Source: Lama glama
Lineage: Eukaryota
Direction: 5' to 3'
Assembly: GCA_028534125.1 (NCBI GenBank)
Contig: CM052819.1
Span: forward strand, 94,550,001-94,614,000
DNA length: 64,000 bases
The position numbers and the translations under genes are program-made. This document shows, piece by piece, positions 1-11,299 of the stretch (positions are counted from its first letter, which is position 1; every line of letters starts with the position of its first letter). Below the pieces are notes generated by a model, which ran no database searches, was not told where the DNA came from, and saw nothing but the letters and a program-made list of their open reading frames with translations.

Positions 1-674
1 TAATAACTTTGTGGAGCAACAAGAGAGTAAGGCTCATATTTCAGAGTAACTGGAGATTTTGTTATCCCCATACAATTTTTTCTCTCTCTCAGGGTAAGAA
101 TATTTTGACATAATAATGAAATTCTGACCATATTACAATATATATTTCTGGTGTTGAAACAAGATAATTAACTGGCTTTGGAAAGAACTTGGGGCAGTTT
201 TTAAACAATCCATGCATAATGACAGGAAAAACCATGTAGATGAAGATGTAGGTGGGGAGAAAAAATAAATGCAGGGCAAACTTAGTACCAGAGCTCACAG
301 GTCAAGAGGACCTGTGCTGTGAGTCACACATTTCAATAAATAAAATCTAGGATATTTGTTCTCCAGTGGAAGTTTAAAAGTCATTTTTAAGGAAGGTTAT
401 TATAAAGAATATGGATATTAATTTGTGAGATATGTGGTCATCTCTTTCACATGTAAATAACATGGGGCCATTATAATCCATTATTACTATGTTGATGGTC
501 CTTTTATAAGGAAGTATACTTTACCTTTGTGAAAAAAAGGTATGACTCTCTCATTCCACTTTCTGAAGTCCTGAAATCCCGAAATGTTCTCTCTCTCTCC
601 CCAAATGGAAGAGTTGGAAGAAAGGACCTCAAAGAAAAGATGAATTTGCAGCAACTTTAGCAAATAAAGAAAAT

Positions 675-985
675 CTAACTATCAGAGAAATGCAAATCAA
701 AACTGCAATGAGGCGTCACTTCACACCAGTCAGAATGGGCATCATTAAAATGTCCACAAACAATAAAGGCTGGAGAGGCTGTGGAGAAAAGGGAAGCCTC
801 CTACACTGCTGCTGGGAATGTAGTTTGGTGCAGCTACTGTGGAAAACAGTATGGAGATTCCTCAAAAAACTAAAAATAGACTTACCATGTGATCCAGCAA
901 TCCCATTCCTAGGCATACATCTGGAGAGAACTCTAATTCAGAAAGATACATGCACCTGATGTTCATAACAGCACTATATACAATT
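675..985 (+). mobile_element. Relatively young LINE-1 ORF2 C-terminal fragment; no 3'UTR or poly(A) tail
   Basis: ORF 690-959 [20 protein letters not shown]...[46 protein letters not shown] is the L1 ORF2 cysteine-rich C-terminal region. Similarity stops abruptly after 'cagcactatatacaat'. Confidence 0.95.
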
Positions 986-3339
986 GTTTGGATGTTCTCT
1001 TTGTCAGAACAGCTCTGCACTTAGGAAGGATGTGGAATCCCTTGGTGTAACACCATGTTAAATTGAGTACAACATTCTTAGATACTAACTATGTAGCTCC
1101 AAGTCCCTTTGGCTGATGACTGATGCACAAGTAGGACAAACACTATGAAACATGGCATGAAGTGTCAACTACAGGAGTTCAAAGCAATCTAAAACACTGA
1201 GGTTGCTGAGTAAAAATACATACATGCTCATGTATTCCCATATAAACATTTATATACTTAAAATCAATTTCTTTTCTATTTCATCTTTACTTGGAAGCTG
1301 AAGATTTTTTTCCTTAAATTTTCAATAAGGTGTGGCATGTTAATTCGAGGACCATTTTGCAAGTTCTCACAAACAGATTACCCAAGAAAAACCACCACCA
1401 TGTTTCATCATGGCTTATGATGTAACCAATGGAATTGTACTCTTGGGAGGAGGAGGAAGAGGTAAAAACTTGTTTTTGGACCTGTGGTCATGAAATTTTG
1501 CTATGTGGTGGGAACTCACTCTTGAATGTGGTTGTCCACTGTTCTTTCATATGTTGAGAAAATTGTAGAAAGTCAGGAAAGAATGGAATTTTCACATCAG
1601 CAGATCCTCCACTCCCCCGTAATGATGAGGAATTTTGCATTGGAACAGAATGAGGAGGAAAATAAGTCTACTTTGCCGTCAGTTTTGGGGGAGAAATGAT
1701 GAAGCAAAGCCTTTTTCCAAGGACACATGATCCCCTTCTCGGCAATAGTTTGCTAACGATGTTCATGTCAATTGACTGGGTCTGCTTTCAACTTGTCTGG
1801 AAATACCAAGAGCATGTTCTCTGAGTGCCTGTGGGCATAATGAATCAGCTTTCCCTCCAAATGCGTCCTGGCTTATCCATGATGCATACTGAGTGCATAT
1901 ATGTGGTACCCACATAGGGTCTGTCAGTCTCAAAAGTGCCATTATGTTTACATTTTTTGGACTATCTCAGAGACACTAAGAGTTAGAGAGTCGAATTATC
2001 TCCTCTAAGACTTTCCTTAATAGGAGAATAAAGTGCTCATGCTTTGTGGACCTTTTAGTGTCGTTTTTTTTAACCTTTGAAATGACTTAGATTTTTATGT
2101 TTACTTATCTTAACTTTTGTTAGGTGTATGGCACCATATTATCATGTTTAGTTGATTACTTAACGTTCCCACGTCCATCCCAATTACTTAGACTTTTCAA
2201 GTATTAATTGATAATTTTCATCTTCTCATTTCATGTTTTCATAGCCAAGAAATTCATATAAATTGCTTTACTCTCTCCTTATAAAATCGATCCTCCCTGA
2301 ACTTAATTATTCCAAGTGATGCATTTTGAACTTTTTGAGTCTCGTTTGGCAGAATTTTGCCACGAGAGCTGAACCTAGGTTGTCAGTATCAAAGTATTTG
2401 CCATACCATCACCTTTGCCAATAGCAGGCTTCCTCCAAGATGCAGAAAACTCCAGAGCCCGCTGCTCTCTCTTCCCAGCTTTCCAGCAGCCCGCAAATTC
2501 CAGCTGTGGTCAGCTGATGAGCTCAGAGCTGCAGGGACAGCTTGGCACAAGTATTAAGTCTGATTAAGGTCTCGTGTAATGTTGGGACAGTGATTTCTCA
2601 GATGGGGCCCAACAACACCCCTGGTTCTGCTCACTCCATGACCAGAATATTTCAACTTAGCTCAATCATCTTAAAATCAATGATGGTGGGTGGAAAAATT
2701 CTTTATCAGAACTTCTCAATAAAAGTAATTCAAAGATATTGCATTTTTCATTGCATATTTCCAGTACTTTGATTTCCCTGATGAAATGCTCCTTGCATGT
2801 GATGTGTTCCTAGATTTACCTAGATTAGGGGAAGGTGTCTACTCAGGGGAGGAGAGGTCAAAATGCACAAAGATAATTTCACGCCATGATACTACAGTTG
2901 ATGCTTTCAAAGGGGAACGATGCTATGTGTCAGGATTTTTAAAATCAATAACAGGTTATTGATTTGAGTAATTTTTGCTTCCCCTTAAAATTTTTCTAAA
3001 AAGTTAAGGGAAGAGAAATTGCATACATTTCTTCTCTTACATGAATACCCACTCTTTTAGCCAAAGGATTATTATAATTATAATGTGGATTTCATGAGTG
3101 AAAAGAAGACAGGGAGCCCACAGAATGTTAAGTGGTTTATTTAAAATATTTGTTCATTTTTAAGATTTAGGTTTGGAATTTAGGTATGTTTGCTTCGGGG
3201 GCCAAAATTCAGTTACCTATATCATTCAGTTCTGCATCATTGTTCCCTAGACTGAGATGCTAGATTGAGAGGTCAAACTCAAGGCATGAGGATACCTGGA
3301 TTCCTTACCTGAGGTGGTTGAGAAGAATCCAATTGCAAG

Positions 3340-3420
3340 CCCATTTAGACCATTGACCGAATTTAGGTCTGAAGTTCCCATTTCCTTCTCTGTCAAGTGG
3401 GGACTGGCCATTCTTTTCGA
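3340..3420 (+). mobile_element. MIR SINE core fragment
   Basis: 'tctgaagttcccatttccttctctgtcaagtggggact' resembles the MIR core 'ctgagcctcagtttcctcatctgtaaaatgggga'. Confidence 0.5.
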
Positions 3421-3509
3421 GCCCTCTTTCCAGTCCTCACTAGTGGCCATCTACATCTGAGAACCAGCAAAGATATGTTTGATATTTGAGACATGGTGAA
3501 AAAAATATA

Positions 3510-3725
3510 AGACGTTGGGTCAAAAAAAAATTGACATCAAAATTCTTCCCTCTACCAAACGTCTGTTAATGTGACCCCTCTGGGAATTTGATCATGGGGA
3601 TTTTCTTCATCTTTTCACGGTTTCATTTATTGCTTGTTGATATATTTCCCTAAGCGGGTAATTGTGGAATTGATGAGATGGTCATGTGCAGGCATTTAGT
3701 GCTATGCCTGGTGTAGGCGATGGGA
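3510..3725 (+). mobile_element. Degenerate MIR SINE
   Basis: 'ttgtggaattgatgagatggtcatgtgcaggcatttagtgctatgcctggtgtagg' resembles the MIR 3' region. Confidence 0.5.
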
Positions 3726-4895
3726 CAGTGTATTTTGAATCCAATGTTATTTGATGGGAAGCAGCGTACATCCTGTCTCTTATCAAAACCTGCTTCATGG
3801 CAGTTACCCCAGGTCACTGAGACCAAGCCAGGGCTTCTCATTGTGGGAATGGGGGGCGGAGGGTGAGGGGGTGGGAGGAGATAAGAATATAGGGGTGGGT
3901 GGAATCAACAGGGGAAGGAAGCTGGACACTGTCCTCTCTAAGCCCAGCATGTGGGAAACAGCTGGGTGCATTAATTTAACCTTTGTCATTCCTGGCACTG
4001 AAAAAGCACATACAGTTTACACAAAAAGAATTCCCAAATGGAACTTTCAAAAAGTTGTGGTGAAAAACATTAGGAAAGTGCTTTGAATGAAAGCATAGCA
4101 TTGATTTTTACCTGGATAACTCTCTCTGCTAAAAGCTGTTCCACCCTCATGTACTTACTAAGAGGTCCTTGCAAGCATTAGGTGTTCCCTAGGGAAAAGC
4201 AAAATTAAGAATAAACAAAATACAATAAACAAACAAACAAAAAAAAAAGAGGAGGAAGGTACTGCATTAAAACAAGGGAAGGAGGAATCTCATTTATTTC
4301 TTCAAATATTGCTTATAGATGAAAGAGAATACTACATGTCAAGAAACAGATAAAATGTGTGGAGTCTCTGAAAGCTGGTATCTCACCTTTTTATTTGACT
4401 ATGACTCAAAAAGTTAACCCAATTGAAAGTATCTCACCCTCTAGCTAGAATGTGGTGTTTATATCACTGTAAACGAATCAACACTGTCCTGTGTACATAG
4501 CTCTGGTGAAGGACCCTGCGGGCAGTGGCAACATGGTCCTTGAGTTTATCTCAGTTTTTCCCCATCAGCAACATTCAGAGATGAATATTCATTTAATTAC
4601 AGAAATTCATATCGCCTTTAAAAACCTTGGCTACAGTAAATAGGGAGATCCTAAGATCCTAAAATTGTAGGAAAAAAATTATCTTTCTGAAGTTAAATCA
4701 GCTTTCCCATTTTGCAGAGCAAGATTTCTGTTTTCTTCAACAAGGTTTTTTTAGCTTATATTAAATAGGTTTACCCTAAAATCTAGATAATGAAAGTAGT
4801 GTTCTGATTACAGGAAAATTAAAATATATAAAAATAATGCAGCAGAAAGTAAATCAGTTGCCCTTATTTCACAAACGATTGGAAAACAGAGGAGG

Positions 4896-4918
4896 GTGTG
4901 TGTGTTTGTGTGTGTGTG
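4896..4918. repeat. (TG)n microsatellite, interrupted
   Basis: gtgtgtgtgtttgtgtgtgtgtg seen directly. Confidence 0.9.
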
Positions 4919-5339
4919 GCATGATCATGTGAAATTACAGGACATCTAGGTTACCATTCCTTTTTTTTTTTGGTAACAAATTTTGGCAAAGATTATTTAA
5001 TCTAATGAAATTACTTCAACTGAAACATGGTAGACTGAACACAAATGTCTGTAACCATTTCAATTTAAATCTTTATAAAGTGTTAGAATTTTGTGCTTCC
5101 ATAAATGTTTTGTGGGATGCTTATATTCAGTAATTTTCCATTTTGTTTGTTTTTATAAATATATTTAAGACTAGTTTTACCTTAATAACTGTCTTAGCTG
5201 CATTACATAGTTTTTGAAATGTAACATACTCATTTTTAAATAATCTTTCTGTAATAGTGTTTATAGTATTAATTTTATCTTTAACTCATGAGTTAATTGG
5301 AAGACTGTTGTTTTAAAAAGAAATTGATAGAAATTGTCA

Positions 5340-5420
5340 CTATCTGTTTATCTATCCATCTGTCCATCCAACCACCCATCTACCCACCTACCTAATGATT
5401 CATCATCAATCAATCCTCCA
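5340..5420. repeat. Degenerate (CCAT/CCAC)n tetranucleotide repeat
   Basis: tctatccatctgtccatccaaccacccatctacccacctacct. Confidence 0.7.
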
Positions 5421-6636
5421 TCAGTCCTATTTAGGTCTATCATTTTTCTCCCATATTTTGTTGTCAGCTTCTAATTTGACTATGTTCTGTCAGAGAATAT
5501 AAAATCCATTGATATTGAATATCTAAGATATCTATTGATATCTAAGAAGACTATGGTAATTCTTTCATTATCATTAAGAATTTGTGAGATACAACTTTTT
5601 AAACTAACTTTATTTTTCCTTGATATATTTTTAAGCTGCACTATTCAGCTCATTACATTTTGTGCTATTTATATCTTCTATATGATTTCTACATTTTATA
5701 GTTATAAAGTATCTATCATAGTTTCTTGTAAAGCTTTTGGCTTAAATTCCATTTTCTTAGATATGCAATGCTACTCTGTTTCTTGTGTTTGCATTTACAT
5801 GTGTTCTCTAAAACTCTGACCACCCTCCAATTTTCAACTTTTTTAATATTCTTCAAAGTGTCTTTCCATGAGATTTTTCAAAGTGGATTTTTAAAATCTG
5901 ATTTAAGATTTCTTAAAACTGTAGAATCCACCACATTCACTTTAATGGTGAAAATATTTCTTGGATTATTCTATTATTTTATGTTCAGATTTTTTTTGTA
6001 TTTTCTCTTTTGTCACTTAATGATGGTACAACTTTTAAACTTGACTGATTTCTTCAGTCACTGGGGATGCATCATTACTAGTTTTTATGTTCTTAACTCA
6101 TATTTAGTTTTTCTTTGCCAGGATTATAAAATAAACAATACTTTCCTGTTCCTTTTCTCCTTCAAAGTCAGTAATTGTAAAAGTGTCAATAATTGTAAAA
6201 ATTCATAATTTTATTCCCAGGCAATGATTGAGCTATAAACAATATTTTCTTTCATTCTTGCATTTAAGTATTAACATAGCATGTTATCTTATTAGTTTTG
6301 TAGTAGTTTATAATCACTTTATGATTCATGAACATTCCTCTAATGACTGTTTCTCCTCATTTTTTCTTTTATATTTTGAAGTTGTCAAAAGATTAAATTT
6401 TCTTTTCATTGGATTACTTCTGCAAATGATATACTCAGAAATTACTTGTTTCTGTTGCTTTTTATATGAATAATTTGAGGATTGCTGCCTTGATCTGTCA
6501 AAATACTGTAAATGCTCTACCACTGAATTTTAGCTTCTATGTTGGTAGAACAGGAAACTTTGTTGTAAACCTCATTCTCCTTTCCTTGTTAAATAAGCTT
6601 TTAAGCAATCTTCTTAGAAACCTGAAATACCTTCTT

Positions 6637-6833
6637 TTTTTCTTTGTTTTTAATTGAAGTAGAGTCAGTTACAATGTGTCAATTTCTGGTGTACAGCACA
6701 GTGTCCCAGTCATGCATATACATACATATATTGTTTCTCATTAAAGGATATTACAAGATATTGAATATAGTTCCCTAGTTATGCAAAAGACAGTTGTTTT
6801 TTTAAATCTATTTTTATATATAGTGGCTAACAT
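6637..6833 (-). mobile_element. Young 5'-truncated L1 3' end nested in the older L1, with target-site duplication
   Basis: 'aattgaagtagagtcagttacaatgtgtcaatttctggtgtacagc...tacaagatattgaatatagttccct' is the antisense cetartiodactyl L1 3'UTR, with a T-rich tail on the left. TSD: ctgaaataccttctt (6622-6636) / ctgaaaatatcttctt (6834-6849). Confidence 0.9.
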
Positions 6834-7314
6834 CTGAAAATATCTTCTTAATCCATGGAGATCAAGAATGTCACTAGCTTACATAAAAATGCCTGCTGTC
6901 TGTTTGATTAATTATTTCTGGTCTTCAGTGAGTTCTTTTGTTCTAAAATCTCAGTCTGTCTTCAGGTTAGGGTTTAAAATGTGTATTTGATTCTTAATCG
7001 GTATTCTTCTGCTCATTTTGCTTTTTCTGGACCTCCAATTATTTCCACATGAAGTCTCTTAGAAATTTCCTGTACTTCTTATCTTGTTACTCATAATATT
7101 GCTTTTTTTGTTTTGTTTTGTGTTTGTATTGTGACCTTGTGTTCTGAGACAATTCTGAAATTGAACCTTCCGAATCACTCTTTGGGTTTTCAGAAATGTC
7201 CATTGTTTCATTTGATCTCCTATATTTACTTATTTTTCTCCCAGTTCAGGAAACTAACCACCAGAATTTCGTCTGACTATTGACATCGAAGTTAGTATGA
7301 AACCAACCAAAGAA

Positions 7315-7500
7315 AATGTATATATATATATATTTCATTGTGTTACATTATTACACACTAAGTGTTATATTTCTTTATTACATATAAGTATATTATATAT
7401 ATGCTTTGTATATTACATAAGGTGCCTGTATGACATATATTGTGTATGTGCATATACATATACAAATGTGTGTAATCTCTCTCTATGTAACTATGTAGTA
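7315..7500. repeat. (TA)/(TG)-rich low-complexity tract
   Basis: tatatatatatatata...tgtgcatatacatatacaaatgtgtg. Confidence 0.75.
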
Positions 7501-9685
7501 TGTCATTTTTCATATTTTCTTTAAATATTGGGCCATTTGAGGAAATAAACTTCAAGGAATTGGGAGAAATTTAAGATAAGCTCCCAAATTTAACTTTGTG
7601 CTTTTAGTAACTAGACATCTTGCTTCACAACTTTCCAGCCTTAGTAAAAAGATAGCTGACTCAACCCAAATACAAAATATTTAAATTTAAATTTCTTACC
7701 ATAGTGAGTGGAAGTAAATAAGATAAATAATGATGGTTCTATTTTGCACTTCACAATAACACAGGAAATTGTGATACACATCATAGAATTGAGTCATTCC
7801 TACCAAACTGCATGAGTGAATTCAGATTCTGTTTGCCCTTGTTCATTTTTTAAGAATTCTTAGGAAATTCTGTTTGGACTATTTCATACATTCTACCAAT
7901 TTGTATGCTTCTTCCTCTTTATTTATTACACAAATATCTATTGAGTGTCTATGATTTGTCAGTGTTATGTTGTCTGTGTTGTAATTTTCTTTAAAATATT
8001 TCCCTGTATGATATCTACATCCTTCCATTTAAAATAACACTAAATCTACCTTGGAGGGAGCTTTTCTTTCAACACATTCATTGAGTAATCAAGGTCAGAA
8101 TGCAGAGACAGGAAAGATGCAGGACTGTGCTGCACCTGCTTGACAAAAAATGCCTGCAATGTGGCATTTATGACACATATAACCTGTCATCAACATTGTG
8201 GTGATGGAGGGGAAAAAAAAAACTTCTGTGTCTTAATTTGATGAAGGTCTAGATTATTTGCCCAAAGAAAGGGAATAAACAACTTGGCTTGGATTAATTT
8301 TAGCCACAACCAGAAACTGCAGATGCTAAAACATATAGATTAGGCACAATGATATTTTAATAAAACCTGTGAATTCAAACTGACATTTACTAACTTGAAA
8401 TCAATTCCTTTCTCTTCTTCAGCTTCTGATAGAGGATTTCACTAAACAGACTACAAAGTGAAGGGGCCCTAAGAGTTAGAAACAGAGTTAATAGAGATCC
8501 TTACTGTGTGTTGTATTGATTTAGGCTGGAATACAAACCACTCTCTCAAAAGCTGAGGTTAGGTGTTCTCTCATAGACCCTAGGTTGAATTCTATCCTGT
8601 GGCCTTGCTCCAAAAGAATTTTTATATTTCCCAAAACCTCTTGGGAGAAGGGGAAAAAACAAACATTTTTAAACTTGTTGCACATGACCTCTCATTTCCT
8701 CTTACTTTCCACATCCATCAGTTTTTCAGGCGAACCTAACAAATTACTTGCCAAAAATAGTCACGAGTGCTAACTTAATGGATGCATATTTGGGGTCCAG
8801 ATATGAACTGAGATTTTCCTCATCATCAGTATTCTAGCCCTAAAGTGCTTTTTAAGGCATGCCAGATAGTTGAACTGGAGGCTGTTCCTTGGGGATGCAA
8901 ATATGTGGAAAAAATAAAGTGTCCCCTTTTTCAGTGAAAACTGGCCAAGAAGACAAAGCAAGGACTGATACACCAGAGCAAACTGATTCAAAGGAGGGTT
9001 TTCATCAGTAAATTATCTAGAAGTCATTTTACCTGATTTTACTGTTCCTCCCTCTAAGGATGTAGGGGGAAAATCCATTTATTTTAGAGTGTGTACTGCA
9101 AACCTACCCCATGCTTATTCACTTTGCATTGTTCATGTTTAAACAGGGCCTCTTTACTTTCAAGTGGAAGAATTTCAAGGAACTTAATGATTTACAAAAA
9201 TGCATTGTGCTGACATTTCAGTGGCCAAAATTCTACCCAGTTCTCACAGATTCAAGGCCAAGAAAATCTCACTGGTGTGATTAGAAATGAAAGGAAATTC
9301 TTAGGATCACTGAATAGTTTAAGAACTATAGGCTTGCTGGATTGCCATTGCCCCTGCTGGTCATATTTCTATAATTAGGTCAGTATGCACTTCTAAAACA
9401 TGGAAACAAATCAAATGAAATAAAAAAGAGGCTTTACGGAAATTGGCTTGTGGACAACACCAACACACATAATTTAAATGTGCATACCATAAAGAAAATC
9501 AATATTTGGACAAGTTATAGGAAATATTGTCAAGTAACCACTCTCAAGAAGGAAATCTAGACATACAATTATGTGTGTCCCCCACCCCCGTTGCAGGGTA
9601 AGTGAGGACCATTGCGGGATCTTGTGGAGAGGTGAGGAACTTGGAATTTCCCAGTAACCAAATCCACAGAGTGGAAAACACCATT

Positions 9686-9950
9686 TGTATCAGTTAAAAC
9701 TTTTTTGATTGCAAGCAACAGACACTCCCTAGAGCTTTGTTTAACCACGAAAGGGAATATGCATACAACACAGGGATGCCATCCAGGGATCAGAATGTAG
9801 CTGTGGCTCAGGAGTGGACTGGAAGCAGGAATCAAAGCAACAGGGAATCCAAAATCTTCTCTCTTTTCATCTCTCATCTCTCTTTCTGTCTGTCTCTGCT
9901 TTATTCTTTCCTCTGTGAAGCAGACTGTTTCTCTGGCCATGACTTGGAAA
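9686..9950. mobile_element. Old ERVL/MaLR-type LTR fragment (MLT1J/K/L or LTR33-like)
   Basis: Terminus 'tgtatcagttaaaacttttttgattgcaagcaacagacactcc...aaagggaat' is typical of these old LTRs. Confidence 0.6.
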
Positions 9951-9952
9951 AC

Positions 9953-10118
9953 TAGGTTGCCTACTTCGATTACCTATACATTTTTTTCACATAAACAACA
10001 AATCATTTATTTAGAATAAGTGTGTCACTGCAATATTTAGGACATTCATAATAAAAAATATTTTTTTGCTTGAAATTCCAATTTAACTGAGTACTCTGAA
10101 TTTTATCTAGTGACCCTA
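9953..10118. mobile_element. MER53-like palindromic hAT MITE
   Basis: Termini taggttgcc ... gtgacccta; internal 'ataagtgtgtcactgcaatatttaggacat' and 'tgaaattccaatttaactgagtactctgaattttatct'. Confidence 0.75.
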
Positions 10119-10139
10119 CTACCTACCCTGCAGCCAGAC

Positions 10140-10720
10140 TTACTAATTGCTAATATTTGCCACATTTCCTTATCATTCTCCCCATCTCTCTCTCTCTTCC
10201 TCTTCTCTGTCTCTGCATATGTGCACAGCATGCACACACGCAAGATTTTTATTTTCTGAAGCATTTGAGAGTTTGCATGCATCATATACCTTTACCTATA
10301 TACACTGTCAGGTTTATTTTCTAAGGACAGGGATATCTTCTTGCATAAGAAGATAAAATTACAAAAATCATGAGATTTAATGCTGAATATATGCAACTGA
10401 TTAATATGCAGTCCGTGTTCTGATTTCCCAATTTGTCACAATACTGCACTGTAGATAATTTCTCTCTAGTCCATGAGTCAATTCAGGGTCACACTTTTTT
10501 TTTGTCATAATTCTTTAATTCACCTGTAATCTTAAACATTCTTCAGCCTTGTTATGTCTCATGATATTGTCATGTTTGGAGGAATTAAGGTCAATCATTT
10601 TATATAATGTCCCTCAACTTGTGTTTGTTAATGTTTCCTTTTGACTAGATTAAAGTTATGCATCTGTACCAGGGATACCACAGAAATGATACTGTCCTGC
10701 TAAATGCAACATATCATGTT
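10140..10720 (-). mobile_element. Old L1MC-type 3' end, antisense
   Basis: 'ttctgaagcatttgagagtttgcatgcatcat', 'tttctaaggacagggatatcttcttgcataa', 'ttgactagattaaagttatgcat'. Confidence 0.7.
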
Positions 10721-11299
10721 GATTATCTGTATATTTCTGTTCCCGCATTCATTGCCTTTCTTCCTTTTAAAATAAAATAACTTTCTTGTTCTAATCTCAG
10801 GCCAACTTCCCTCTTCTCTCTTGCTTCCTTGCGTCTCATACTCTTTCATCTATTCAAGAACTTTACTTTTGCAATGATCTCTTCCTTCTCTTCCATTACC
10901 AAGTTTTTCTGTAGGTTGGATGATTTCTAACAGCCTACAGACAGTCCATAATTTCTCCCATATTAAAAATAAAAAAAATTTACAAAGCATTTGATGACCT
11001 GAAATACACACTGTGGAAATAAATGCTATTTTTAGCAGTTCATAAAAGCTATAGTTAATTTTTACATGGGAACAAGGCCATGTATTGGGCATTAATTTTT
11101 ATTTCAGAAAGTGACTTGTTTTTTCTGGCGGCTTTTATGATTTTTACTCTAAGTAACTTTTCTTGAACTGCATTTTTGTGTCTCCTATAAAATGTATTGT
11201 TATTAAAGGTCAGTTTGGGTGGTTTAGAAAAAGAAAAGGAAAAGAAAGAAATAAAAATTACAGGCAAACAAAAGCAACAATAACCCCAAACAACAGCAA

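Larger units (their letters stand above)
5080..7250 (-). mobile_element. Ancient, highly decayed L1 (L1M/L1ME-type) in antisense
   Basis: Long T-rich tract with L1-antisense-like motifs: 'actgtcttagctgcattacatagtttttg', 'ctaatttgactatgttctgtcagagaat', 'ctggacctccaattatt'. It explains the F/L-rich plus-strand ORFs here. Confidence 0.6.

Noticed and set aside
690-959. 89-aa ORF as a host gene
   Set aside because: It is the C-terminal piece of L1 ORF2, truncated at both ends.
5535-6657. Series of hydrophobic F/L/I-rich ORFs resembling membrane proteins
   Set aside because: They arise from the T-rich antisense strand of a decayed L1; no splice structure or recognisable family.
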